Shown here in pieces: positions 52,318 through 61,551 of a stretch of 64,000 bases of DNA. The translations under genes and the position numbers were made by a program. Below the pieces are notes generated by a model, which saw only the letters and a list, made by a program, of their open reading frames with translations, ran no database searches and was not told the origin of the DNA. Every line of letters begins with the position of its first letter. Positions within the stretch are counted from its first letter, which is position 1. The DNA is from an uncultured Chloroflexia bacterium (GTDB lineage Bacteria > Chloroflexota > Dehalococcoidia > UBA2979). The stretch is from assembly GCA_963728205.1 (NCBI GenBank), contig CAVSIV010000001.1, positions 832,001 to 896,000 of the forward strand. The letters are read 5' to 3'.

Positions 52318-53291
52318 CAGGCCGCCTGCCGCTCCGCGATCGCCGCGGCCGCGCGCAGGCGCGCCGAGCGGGAGCGGGGGTTGCGCGCGATCTCCTCGGG
52401 ACTCGCCTGGCGCGCGCCGCGGTGCACCGCGCGCAGCGTCGCGCGGTGGTCGCAGGTGCACACGGGCTGGCGCGGCGGGCAGATGCAGTCCCGCTCCTGG
52501 AGCCGGATGTATGCTTTGACCGCGCGATCCTCCAGCGAGTGGAACGCGATCACGACCAGGCGAGAGTCGGCGCCATCGAGCAGGCCGTGGGCCGCACTGA
52601 GCGCGGCCTCCAGGTGCGAAAGCTCCTGGTTGACCGCAATGCGCAGGGCCTGGAACGTGCGAGTGGCGGGGTGAATCCTCTCACGTCCCTTCCCACGTCC
52701 CACGGCCTGCTCGATGGCGCCGACCAGCTCCCCCGTCGTCCGCAGCGGCCGCCGCGCCACGATCGCCCGTGCGATCTGCCGGCTCCGCCGCTCGTCCCCG
52801 TACTCCCAGATCAGGGTCGCGAGCTGCTGCTCGTCGTACTCGTTGACGATCTCCTCCGCGGTCACCGGACCGTCGGGGTCCATGCGCATGTCCAGCGGAT
52901 CGTCCCGCTGGAACGAGAACCCGCGGCCGGGCTGCTCGAGCTGCAGGGACGACACCCCCAGGTCGAACAGCACCCCGTCGACCGGCGCGAAGTCGTGCGA
53001 CGCACAGATCTCGGCCAGCTCGGAGAAGTTGCCGCGCGCGAGAATCACTGCGTCACCATAACGGGATAACCGCTCACGTGCTATAGCGATTGCGTGATAG
53101 TCCTGGTCGATCCCCAGGAGCCGGCCGCCCGGCTGCGCCGCGTCGAGGATGGCAGCCGCGTGGCCGCCGAGCCCGACGGTCGCGTCGACATACCGGCCGC
53201 CCGGGCGCACCGCGAGGTCCTCGATCACCTCGGCGAGCATCACGGGCTCGTGCGAGGGGACGAAGGTGCCGGAGGGGTCGCCGGTCGTCAC
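52317..53291 (-). CDS. rsmH: 16S rRNA m4C1402 methyltransferase
   Basis: H.PVM, DATVGLGGH, DLGVSS.Q, LDMRM, FQALRIAVN, FHSLEDR, NPRSRSA. Confidence 0.97.
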   Translation of the reverse strand: MTTGDPSGTFVPSHEPVMLAEVIEDLAVRPGGRYVDATVGLGGHAAAILDAAQPGGRLLGIDQDYHAIAIARERLSRYGDAVILARGNFSELAEICASHDFAPVDGVLFDLGVSSLQLEQPGRGFSFQRDDPLDMRMDPDGPVTAEEIVNEYDEQQLATLIWEYGDERRSRQIARAIVARRPLRTTGELVGAIEQAVGRGKGRERIHPATRTFQALRIAVNQELSHLEAALSAAHGLLDGADSRLVVIAFHSLEDRAVKAYIRLQERDCICPPRQPVCTCDHRATLRAVHRGARQASPEEIARNPRSRSARLRAAAAIAERQAA

Positions 53292-53713
53292 GCGTGGTCC
53301 TCGTCCTGCTCCGCCTCGAGGCGCTCGAGCTCCTGCGCCCAGCCCTTCGGCGTCCAGATCTCCAGGTAATCACCGCAGCCAACCACGACCGCGCGGCCGT
53401 CCAGCTGGCTCTCCGTCCGTAGCTGCTGGGGGACGAGCACACGGCCCTGGCGGTCGAGCTCGACGCCGTAGGCGCCGGGAAGGAAGCCGCGACGAGCGCG
53501 CCGTCCCTGCGCGCGCCGGTTGCTGTTGGTGTCCTCGGTGCCGAGCCGGCGCTCGACCTCTTCCTCGAAGGTCTGCTGCGTGTACATCTCGACGCAGCCC
53601 TCTGGCCCGATGCGCAGGACACCCCCATCGACGAACGCGGAACGGTAGCGGGCGGGGATTGCTACGCGCCCGCGTTCGTCGACGGAGTGCTCGAAGGTGC
53701 CGAAGAAGTACAC
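53288..53713 (-). CDS. mraZ: transcriptional regulator MraZ
   Basis: FGTFEHSVDERGR and LDRQGR repeats, LEIW. Confidence 0.95.
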   Translation of the reverse strand: MYFFGTFEHSVDERGRVAIPARYRSAFVDGGVLRIGPEGCVEMYTQQTFEEEVERRLGTEDTNSNRRAQGRRARRGFLPGAYGVELDRQGRVLVPQQLRTESQLDGRAVVVGCGDYLEIWTPKGWAQELERLEAEQDEDHA

Positions 53714-53753
53714 CGGCCTGGCCCCTTCGAATGTGCGGGGCGTGGGCGGTAAA

Positions 53754-53798
53754 CCCATTTCCCCCCACAACGCCCCACGACTCTACCATCCGCCCCAT
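53754..53798 (-). promoter_or_regulatory. MraZ-binding direct repeats
   Basis: (G/A)TGG(G/T) repeats at ~10-bp period (53754, 53764, 53774, 53785, 53794) upstream of mraZ. Confidence 0.75.
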
Positions 53799-53941
53799 AG
53801 CCTGCCAATAGAATGGATGTTCCGGTCCCATCTCTGGGCGCGCGGCGCGCTCGAGGTGCGCCGTGTTCCCGAGGCGGCCCCGGGACACGACGCCCCTGAA
53901 GCGCGCCGCGCGCCGTAGGATTCGTGCGAAGGGACGCGCTC

Positions 53942-54454
53942 GTGCCGCATCGCGCCGCCGTGCTCACCGTCAGCGACCTCGGCTCCCGCGGGCAGCGCGC
54001 CGACACCGCCGGCCCCGCCGTCGCTGCGCTGCTGCGCGACGCCGGCTTCGAGATCGCGGCGACGGCCCTCCTCCCCGACGAGCCCGACCAGATCGCCGCG
54101 CAGCTCCGTGCCTGGGCCGACGAGCTCGACGTCGCCCTCGCCGTCACCGCGGGCGGCACGGGCCTCTCGCCGCGCGACCGCACGCCCGAGGCCACGGCCC
54201 CGCTGCTGGACTACCGCGTCGAGGGCATGGAGCAGGCGATGCGCGCCGCGGGACTCGCGTCGACGCCGATGGCGATGCTGTCGCGCGGGCTCGTGGGCGT
54301 ACGCGGCCGCACCCTGATCGCGAACCTCCCGGGCTCCGAGCGCGGCGCCCGCGAGAACCTGCAGACGATCCTCCCGGTGCTCGAGCACGCCTGCTCGTCG
54401 CTGCGCGACGCCGGCGCGTCCGTCCGCGAGACCCACCGGCGGCTCGCGGAGTGA
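53942..54454 (+). CDS. MogA/MoaB molybdopterin adenylyltransferase
   Basis: LTVSD, PDE, GGTG, D.TPEA, NLPGS. Confidence 0.9.
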   Translation: MPHRAAVLTVSDLGSRGQRADTAGPAVAALLRDAGFEIAATALLPDEPDQIAAQLRAWADELDVALAVTAGGTGLSPRDRTPEATAPLLDYRVEGMEQAMRAAGLASTPMAMLSRGLVGVRGRTLIANLPGSERGARENLQTILPVLEHACSSLRDAGASVRETHRRLAE

Positions 54455-55698
54455 CCCCCGCCGGCCCGGCGGAGCGCCCGCCGCTGCGCTTCGACGTCCT
54501 CACGATCTTCCCGGGCATGTTCTCCGGGCCGCTCGACGAGTCGATCCTGAAGCGCGCCCGCGAGGCGGCGCTGATCGACGTGCACCTCCACGACCTGCGC
54601 GCCTGGGCGACCGACCGCCACCACACCGTCGACGACTACCCCTTCGGCGGCGGTCCCGGGATGGTGATGAAGCCCGAGCCGCTGTTCGCCGCCATCGACG
54701 CCATCCAGGCCGAGGCCGAGCCGCGCGCGACCGTCGTCCTGCTCACGCCGCAGGGCCGCCGCCTCGACCGCGCGCTCGTCGACGAGCTCGCCGCGCACCC
54801 GCGCCTGCTCCTGGTCTGCGGTCGCTACGAGGGCGTCGACGAGCGCGTCCGCGAGCACGCCGTCGACCTCGAGGTGAGCGCGGCCGACGTCGTGCTCTCC
54901 GGCGGCGAGCTGCCGGCGCTGCTGCTCATCGACGCCGTGTCGCGTCGCATCCCGGGCGTCCTCGGCGGCGAGGGGTCGCTCGAAGAGGAGTCGTTCGAGG
55001 ACGGGCTGCTCGAGTACCCGCAGTACACGCGCCCGGCGGAGTTCCGCGGCTGGTCGGCGCCCGGCGTGCTGCTCTCGGGGAACCACGGCGCCGTCGAGCA
55101 GTGGCGCCGCCGGTTGCGCGTGGAGCGCACCGCCGAGCGGCGGCCCGACCTCCTCGAACGCGCCGTCCTCACCCCGGACGAGCGGCGCGCCCTCACCGGC
55201 GACCCCGGCTTCGCGCAGATCCGTCGCGGCGACACGATCTTCCAGGTGCGCGTCGCCGCGGTGGCGACGTCGCGCGGGCGCGTCCTCCTCCACCGCACCG
55301 CCGGCGCCGACGCCTGGTCGCTCCCCGGCGGCCGCCTGCGCGTCGGCGAGCGCATCGCCGACGCGATCGCGCGCGAGCTGCGCGAGGAGGCGCGCATGAC
55401 GGCGGAGCCGGGCGACGTGCTCTGGGTGCACGAGACGTTCTTCGACGCGCGCTCCGCGTGGGACGGCCCCGGCGGCGGCGACGTGCTGACGCACCACGAG
55501 ATCGGCGTCTATGTCGACGTCCGCGTGCCGCCGCGCTTCGAGGAGCGCGAGACGTTCGGCGGGCTGGAGCTCGCCGGCACCGAGCACGAGTTCCGGCTCG
55601 AGTTCCGCTGGTGCGCGCCCGCCGATCTCGACGCGCTGGACGTGCGCCCGGAGCCGATCCTCCCCCGTCTGCGCGAGCATCTCGCGGCTCGACGGTAG
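54451..55698 (+). CDS. trmD: tRNA (m1G37) methyltransferase TrmD fused to a C-terminal Nudix hydrolase (415 aa)
   Basis: [34 protein letters not shown]; then the Nudix box GGRLRVGE...RELREE. Confidence 0.92.
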   Translation: MTPAGPAERPPLRFDVLTIFPGMFSGPLDESILKRAREAALIDVHLHDLRAWATDRHHTVDDYPFGGGPGMVMKPEPLFAAIDAIQAEAEPRATVVLLTPQGRRLDRALVDELAAHPRLLLVCGRYEGVDERVREHAVDLEVSAADVVLSGGELPALLLIDAVSRRIPGVLGGEGSLEEESFEDGLLEYPQYTRPAEFRGWSAPGVLLSGNHGAVEQWRRRLRVERTAERRPDLLERAVLTPDERRALTGDPGFAQIRRGDTIFQVRVAAVATSRGRVLLHRTAGADAWSLPGGRLRVGERIADAIARELREEARMTAEPGDVLWVHETFFDARSAWDGPGGGDVLTHHEIGVYVDVRVPPRFEERETFGGLELAGTEHEFRLEFRWCAPADLDALDVRPEPILPRLREHLAARR

Positions 55699-55766
55699 TC
55701 GCGGCGCGCGAATAGACTGTTGCGACCGAATCGACCCACTACGTCCACAGCGAGCCGGGGACCGTC

Positions 55767-56111
55767 ATGAGCATCGATCTGCGCACACTTGCCCAGCCGG
55801 CCAACCCCGCGCTGCCGGACTTCTCGGCCGGCGACACCATCCGCGTCCTCGTGCGCGTGGTCGAGGGCGACCGCGAGCGCCTGCAGCCCTTCGAGGGCGT
55901 CGTCATTCGCGTGAAGAACGGCCCGGCCGGCAACTTCACCGTGCGGCGCATCGCCTCGGGCGTCGGCGTGGAGCGCACCTTCCCGTTCAACAGCCCGCGC
56001 GTGGAGCAGGTCGAGGTCACGCGCCGCGGCCGCACGCGCCGCTCGCGCCTCTACTACCTCCGCGGCCTCACCGGCCGCGCGGCGCGGGTGAAGGAAGCGC
56101 GCCGCACGTAA
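55767..56111 (+). CDS. rplS: 50S ribosomal protein L19
   Basis: GDTIRV, RLQ.FEG, FTVRR..SGVGVER.FP, RLYYLR. Confidence 0.97.
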   Translation: MSIDLRTLAQPANPALPDFSAGDTIRVLVRVVEGDRERLQPFEGVVIRVKNGPAGNFTVRRIASGVGVERTFPFNSPRVEQVEVTRRGRTRRSRLYYLRGLTGRAARVKEARRT

Positions 56112-56130
56112 CTCCCGCGCTCCGCGCTGC

Positions 56131-56166
56131 ACGCGAGACGCCCGCCGTTCGGCGGGCGTCTCGCGT
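56131..56166 (+). terminator. strong hairpin after rplS
   Basis: ACGCGAGACGCCCGCC/GGCGGGCGTCTCGCGT inverted repeat; weak U-tract. Confidence 0.6.
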
Positions 56167-56256
56167 TCCGCTATCTGCCTGCGCTCGTCGCTCGACCTCG
56201 CGGCCTCGCTCGTCGCTCCGGCGAGCGCGCGGGTGCTGCGGAGGCGCTCCGTCGCG

Positions 56257-56292
56257 CCCCTCTCCGCGCAGCGGAGAGGGGCAGGGGTGAGG
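56257..56292. repeat. REP-like palindrome (family C)
   Basis: CCCCTCTCCGC-GCA-GCGGAGAGGGG followed by CAGGGGTGAGG; single copy in the window. Confidence 0.5.
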
Positions 56293-56309
56293 TCCGTCTG
56301 ATCGCCCCC

Positions 56310-59054
56310 ATGCCCGCCCCCACCGGTCCCCGCTCCCGCTACGTGAAGGTCGCCGTCAACGCCGGCCGTCCCACCTTCCTCACCTTCTCCTACGCGGTGC
56401 CGGCCGGGCGCGACGTCGCACCGGGCGAGGTCGTCCACGTGCCGTTCGGCCGGCGCACGCTGCAGGGGGTGGTCGTCGAGGGGCCGTTCGACACGCCGGG
56501 GTACGACCCCGAGGCCGTGCGCACGCTCGAGCCGCCGCTCGACGACGCCCCGCGCATCGGCCGCGACCGTCTCGCGCTCGCCGCGTGGATCCGCGACACC
56601 TACCTCGCGCCGCCGTGGGAGTCGTTCGCGCTCTTCCTGCCGCCCGGCGCCGGCGAGCGCCCGCAGAGCGCGCTCGTGCGCGCGCCGGGGGCGGCCGAGG
56701 CGGGCGCGCTCTCCGCGCACCAGGCCGCGCTGCTCGGCGCGCTCGACGACGAGGAGCCGCGCGACGTCGACGACCTCAAGCGCGCCCTCCGCGCGACCGT
56801 TCCCGCGCGCCAGTTCGACGCGGCGGCGACGGCGCTCGTGCGCCGTGGGCTCGCCGAGCGGCGCTACGGGCTCGCGCGTCCGCGCGGCCGCGCGCGCATC
56901 GCGGAGGTGGTGCGGCTCGCGGTGCCGGCCGCCGACGCGCGCGCGTTCGCGGCCGGCATCGAGGGCCGCCGGCCCTCGCCGCGCGCCCGCGCGCTGCGTG
57001 CGCTGCTCGTCGCCGAGGGCGGGCCGCTGCCGTACGACGACGTCGTGCGCGCCGCGCGCAGCCCCGACGCCGTCGCGGCGCTCGTCGCCGACGGCGCCCT
57101 CCGCCGCGTCCCGCCACCCGACGGCGGCGCCGCCGACGGCGGTGCCGCGCCGCAGCTCGCGCTGGCGCTCGCGCCGGACGCGACCGCGCAGCGCCTGCGC
57201 GTTCTCTCGCGCGGACAGGTGGACGCGGCCGCCGCGACCGTTCTCGAGCGCCTCGCGGCGCTCGCCGCCGACGGCCGCGATCCCGTCGTCCCCCTGCGCG
57301 CGTTCTCCGACGCGCTCGGCGCGCCGGCGCGCCGAGCCGTCGCGAAGCTCGCCGACGCCGGGCACGTGCGCGTGCAGGAGGTGCTCGACCGCCGCGACCC
57401 GCTGCGCGACCTCCAGGTCGTGCGCCGCCATGCCGTCGAGCTGATCGGCGAGCAGCGCGAGGCGGCCGCGGCGATCCGCGAGGCCATCGATGCGCGCGAC
57501 GGCGCCGGTTTCGTCCTGCGCGGCGTCACCGGCAGCGGCAAGACGGAGGTCTACCTCGACGCGCTGCAGCACGCCGTCGAGCACGGGCGGCGCGGCATCG
57601 TGCTCGTCCCCGAGATCGCGCTCACCCCGCAGACCGTGCGCCGCTTCGCCGAGCGCTTCCCCGGCCGCGTCGGCGTGCTGCACTCCGGCCTCGCGCTCGG
57701 CGAGGCGTTCGACGAGTGGCACGAGATCGCGCGCGGCGCGTACGACGTCGTCATCGGCTCACGCTCGGCGATCTTCGCGCCGCAGCCCGACCTCGCGCTG
57801 ATCGTCATCGACGAGGCGCACGAGTGGACCTACAAGCAGCACGACCCGGCGCCCCGCTACGACGCCCGCGCCGTCTCCTCCGAGCTCGCGCGGCAGTCGG
57901 GCGCGGCCGTCGTCTTCGGCTCCGCCACTCCCGACGTCGAGCGCTGGTACGCGGCGTCGACGGGCGACCTGGTGCGGCTCGACCTGCCGCACCGCATCCG
58001 TCGCGTCGCGCAGCCCGACGGCTCCACCGCGCTGTGGCCGCGGGACGACCTGCCGCCGGTCGACATCGTCGACATGCGCGGCTCGACGACGCTCTTCTCG
58101 CCGGAGCTGGTCGACGCGATCGGCGACGTGATCGACCGCGACGAGCAGGCGATCCTCTTCCTCAACCGTCGCGGCCTGGCCGGCTATCTGCTCTGCCCCA
58201 GGGGCCACTCGCCGACGTGCTCGTCGTGCGACGTGTCGCTCTCGCTGCACGACGCGAACCGGCTGATCTGCCACCAGTGCGGGCGCACGCGTCGCCTGCC
58301 GCCGCGCTGCGAGGACGGCGGCTGCGGGCTGCCGCTGCGCCAGGTGCGCGCCGGCACGCAGCGCGTCGAGCAGGAGGTGCAGGCGCACTTCCCGTCGGCG
58401 CGCGTCGTGCGGTGGGATCGCGATACCGCGCGCACGGCCGAGCAGCACGAGGCGATCCTGCAGCGCTTCGTGCGCCACGAGGCCGACATCCTCGTCGGCA
58501 CGCAGATGGTCGCGAAGGGGCTCGACCTGCCGCTCGTCACGCTCGTCGGCGTGGTGCTCGCCGACTACACGCTGCGGGAGGGCGACTTCCGCGCGCGCGA
58601 GCGGACGTTCCAGCTGCTCGTGCAGGTGTCGGGCCGCGCCGGCCGCGCCGAGCGCAACGGCCGGGTGATCGTGCAGACGCTGCAGCCCGACGACCCGGCG
58701 GTGATCGCCGCCGCCACGCACGACCTGGACACGTTCTACGAGGAGGAGCTGGCGTGGCGTGCCGAGCACGGCTACCCGCCGTTCAGCCGGCTCGTGCGCC
58801 TGCTGTTCAGCCACACGAACGCCGCCTTCGCCGCCGAAGAGGCGCGCCGCCTCGCCGAGGAGCTGCGCACGCGCGCCGCCGGCGTGCCCGGCATCCGCAT
58901 CGACGGCCCGATGCCGCCGCAGGTGCCGCGCATCCGCGGCCGCCACCGCTGGTCGATCCTCCTGCGCGGCGACGATCCGGCCGAGGTGGTGCGGAGCCTG
59001 GAGGAGCTGCCCCCCGGCTGGGTCGTGGACGTCGACCCGCTGGTGGTGACGTAG
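56310..59054 (+). CDS. priA: primosomal protein N' (replication restart helicase)
   Basis: VPFGRR, GVTGSGKTEVY, DEAH, NRRG, Cys-rich region, GTQMVAKGLD, QVSGRAGR. Confidence 0.96.
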   Translation: MPAPTGPRSRYVKVAVNAGRPTFLTFSYAVPAGRDVAPGEVVHVPFGRRTLQGVVVEGPFDTPGYDPEAVRTLEPPLDDAPRIGRDRLALAAWIRDTYLAPPWESFALFLPPGAGERPQSALVRAPGAAEAGALSAHQAALLGALDDEEPRDVDDLKRALRATVPARQFDAAATALVRRGLAERRYGLARPRGRARIAEVVRLAVPAADARAFAAGIEGRRPSPRARALRALLVAEGGPLPYDDVVRAARSPDAVAALVADGALRRVPPPDGGAADGGAAPQLALALAPDATAQRLRVLSRGQVDAAAATVLERLAALAADGRDPVVPLRAFSDALGAPARRAVAKLADAGHVRVQEVLDRRDPLRDLQVVRRHAVELIGEQREAAAAIREAIDARDGAGFVLRGVTGSGKTEVYLDALQHAVEHGRRGIVLVPEIALTPQTVRRFAERFPGRVGVLHSGLALGEAFDEWHEIARGAYDVVIGSRSAIFAPQPDLALIVIDEAHEWTYKQHDPAPRYDARAVSSELARQSGAAVVFGSATPDVERWYAASTGDLVRLDLPHRIRRVAQPDGSTALWPRDDLPPVDIVDMRGSTTLFSPELVDAIGDVIDRDEQAILFLNRRGLAGYLLCPRGHSPTCSSCDVSLSLHDANRLICHQCGRTRRLPPRCEDGGCGLPLRQVRAGTQRVEQEVQAHFPSARVVRWDRDTARTAEQHEAILQRFVRHEADILVGTQMVAKGLDLPLVTLVGVVLADYTLREGDFRARERTFQLLVQVSGRAGRAERNGRVIVQTLQPDDPAVIAAATHDLDTFYEEELAWRAEHGYPPFSRLVRLLFSHTNAAFAAEEARRLAEELRTRAAGVPGIRIDGPMPPQVPRIRGRHRWSILLRGDDPAEVVRSLEELPPGWVVDVDPLVVT

Positions 59055-59059
59055 TCTCC

Positions 59060-59185
59060 CGGCGAGCGGAGGGCGTGTCGCCCTCCGACTCACGGCGGGG
59101 GACCGCAGAAGTTCGAACCGGCGGCAAGCGTGAGCGTTCGCGGCGTCCCGTCCGAGTCGGAGGGCGACACGCCCTCCGCTCGCCG
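59060..59185. repeat. REP-like family B, perfect 32-bp inverted pair
   Basis: CGGCGAGCGGAGGGCGTGTCGCCCTCCGACTC ... its exact reverse complement. Confidence 0.85.
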
Positions 59186-59245
59186 CCCTGCCGCGCGCCG
59201 GGCGCCAAAAGACGCTGCCGCGAACCTTCGATACACTCGGCCGCG

Positions 59246-59776
59246 ATGACCGTTCGTCCCATCCGCTATCTGGGCGATCCCGTGCTGCGCCGGCCCGCCA
59301 GGAAGGTGCACCGGGTCGACGACTCGATCCGCCGCCTGATCGCGGACATGACCGAGTCGATGATCGCCGCGCAGGGCGTGGGCATCGCCGCGCCCCAGAT
59401 CGGGGTCAGTCTGCGGGTCGTCGTCATCGGCATGCCCGACGAGGAGCCGTTCGCGCTGATCAACCCCGTCGTCATCCGCCGCTCCGGCGAGCGCCGGCTC
59501 GACGAGGGCTGTCTCTCCGTGCCGGGCTACCGCGGGAACCTCACCCGCTCGATGCGCGTCACGGTGAAGGCGCTCGACGAGAACGGCCGCGAGATCCGCG
59601 TGAAGGCCGAGGACGACCTGCTCGCGCAGGCGCTGGAGCACGAGACGGATCACGTCAACGGCGTCGTCTACGTCGACCGGCTCGACTCGAAGGACGACCT
59701 CGTGAAGATCGAGACGACCTACGCGACGGCCGCGCGCGACGAGCGCGCCGGCGCCGTCGGTGGGGACGGCGGGTAG
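59246..59776 (+). CDS. def: peptide deformylase
   Basis: GVGIAAPQ, EGCLS, HETDH. Confidence 0.96.
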   Translation: MTVRPIRYLGDPVLRRPARKVHRVDDSIRRLIADMTESMIAAQGVGIAAPQIGVSLRVVVIGMPDEEPFALINPVVIRRSGERRLDEGCLSVPGYRGNLTRSMRVTVKALDENGREIRVKAEDDLLAQALEHETDHVNGVVYVDRLDSKDDLVKIETTYATAARDERAGAVGGDGG

Positions 59777-60124
59777 ATGGAGTCCGTCCTTCTCCCGCTG
59801 GTCATCGTCGGGCTCTTCTACTTCATCCTGCTGCGGCCGGTGCTGAACCAGCAGCGGGAGCGCAAGCGCGACATCTCCTCGCTCGACGTGGGCGACGAGG
59901 TCCTGACCGCGGGCGGCCTCTTCGCGATCGTGCGCGAGATCAACATGACGGAGGACGGCACGATGGAGATCATCCTCGAGGTCGCGCCCGGCATCCGGCT
60001 CCGCGGCACCACCGCGGCGGTCGACCACGTCGTGCGGCGTGCCGCCGAGCTGGCGGATGGCGCCGCGGGCGCCGCGGGCGCCGACGGCGGCGAGCCGGGT
60101 GCCGCGGACGGGGGCCGCGCGTGA
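59777..60124 (+). CDS. yajC: preprotein translocase subunit YajC
   Basis: FYFILLRP, GDEVLTAGG; lies upstream of secD. Confidence 0.92.
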   Translation: MESVLLPLVIVGLFYFILLRPVLNQQRERKRDISSLDVGDEVLTAGGLFAIVREINMTEDGTMEIILEVAPGIRLRGTTAAVDHVVRRAAELADGAAGAAGADGGEPGAADGGRA

Positions 60125-61551
60125 GGCGCTACCGTCACATCCTCCCCGTCTTCGCCGTCCTGCTGCTCGCGATCGCCTCGCTGGTCGTGATCTGGCCGAA
60201 GGACCCGACCCTCTACCTGCCGTCCGCGGTCCCGTGGCCCCAGGGTCACGGCATCTCCATCGGCGGGTTCCACCGCGACACGATGAAGCTCGGCCTCGAC
60301 CTCCAGGGCGGCACGCGCCTCCTGTTGCACGGCGAGCTCCCCTCCGGCACCAGCGGCAACATGAACGACGCGATCGCCGGCACCATCAGCGTGCTGCAGA
60401 AGCGCGTGAACGGGCTTGGCGTCTCCGAGTCCGAGATCACGCAGCAGGGCAAGCAGGACATCGCGATCCAGCTGCCGGGCGTGACGCCCGACCAGGCGCG
60501 CCAGGTCCTCGGCCGCACCGCGCTGCTGCGCTTCTGTGAGCCCGCGACGAACCTGCTGCAGGAGGTCGGTCCCTGCGACACGCAGGGCCAGTGGGAGCAG
60601 GCGACGGGGATCGTCAACGGGAAGCGCGAGGCGCTCACCGGCTCCTACCTGAAGTCGAATGCCTTCGTCTCCGCCGACCAGATCGGCAACCCCGCCGTCA
60701 GCTTCGAGCTGCAGGGCGACGGCCCGGGCCTGATGCAGCAGGTCACCCAGCGGCTGCTCGGCAAGCCGATGGCGATCTTCCTCGACAACGAGCTGATCTC
60801 CTCGCCGACCGTGCAGGGCGTGATCAGCGACCGCGGCCAGATCACCGGCCTCTCGCTGCAGCGTGCGCAGGAGCTCGTCGTGCAGCTGAACTCCGGCGCG
60901 CTCCCGCTGCACCTCACGGTGCTGCAGGAGCAGACGGTGAACGCGACGCTCGGCTCGGACTCCGTGACGAAGTCGGTGCTGGCCGGCGAGGTCGGGCTGC
61001 TGCTCGTCATCCTCTTCATGACGCTCTACTACCGGCTTCCCGGTTTGCTCGCGGGCTGCGCGCTCGTCGTCTACACGCTGCTCACGCTCGCGGTGTTCAA
61101 GCTGATCCCGATCACGCTCACGCTCGCCGGCATCGGCGGCTTCGTGCTCTCGATCGGGATGGCCGTCGACGCCAACGTGCTGATTTTCGAGCGCCTCAAA
61201 GAGGAGCTGCGCTCCGGGCGGTCGTACCAGTCGGCGATCGACGTGGCGTTCTCGCGCGCCTGGCCGTCCATCCGTGACTCGAACGCCAGCACGCTGATCA
61301 CCTGCCTCATCCTGTGGGTGCTCGGCGGCGGCATCACGCTGCCCGTGCTCGGTGCGTTCAACGCGCCGCTCGTCCAGGGCTTCGCGCTCGCGCTCGCCAT
61401 CGGCGTGCTCGTCTCGCTCTTCTCCGCAATCACCGTCACGCGCACCTTCATGCACGCGCTGATTGGCACGGGCGTCTCCATGCACCTCGACTGGGTCCTG
61501 CCCGATGCCGCACCCGTCCCCGATGTCGCGGAGGAAGGCGGGCCCGCGTGA
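60121..61551 (+). CDS. secD: protein translocase subunit SecD
   Basis: KLGLDLQGG, RVNGLGVSE, SGALP, GMAVDANVLIFER. Confidence 0.96.
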   Translation: MRRYRHILPVFAVLLLAIASLVVIWPKDPTLYLPSAVPWPQGHGISIGGFHRDTMKLGLDLQGGTRLLLHGELPSGTSGNMNDAIAGTISVLQKRVNGLGVSESEITQQGKQDIAIQLPGVTPDQARQVLGRTALLRFCEPATNLLQEVGPCDTQGQWEQATGIVNGKREALTGSYLKSNAFVSADQIGNPAVSFELQGDGPGLMQQVTQRLLGKPMAIFLDNELISSPTVQGVISDRGQITGLSLQRAQELVVQLNSGALPLHLTVLQEQTVNATLGSDSVTKSVLAGEVGLLLVILFMTLYYRLPGLLAGCALVVYTLLTLAVFKLIPITLTLAGIGGFVLSIGMAVDANVLIFERLKEELRSGRSYQSAIDVAFSRAWPSIRDSNASTLITCLILWVLGGGITLPVLGAFNAPLVQGFALALAIGVLVSLFSAITVTRTFMHALIGTGVSMHLDWVLPDAAPVPDVAEEGGPA

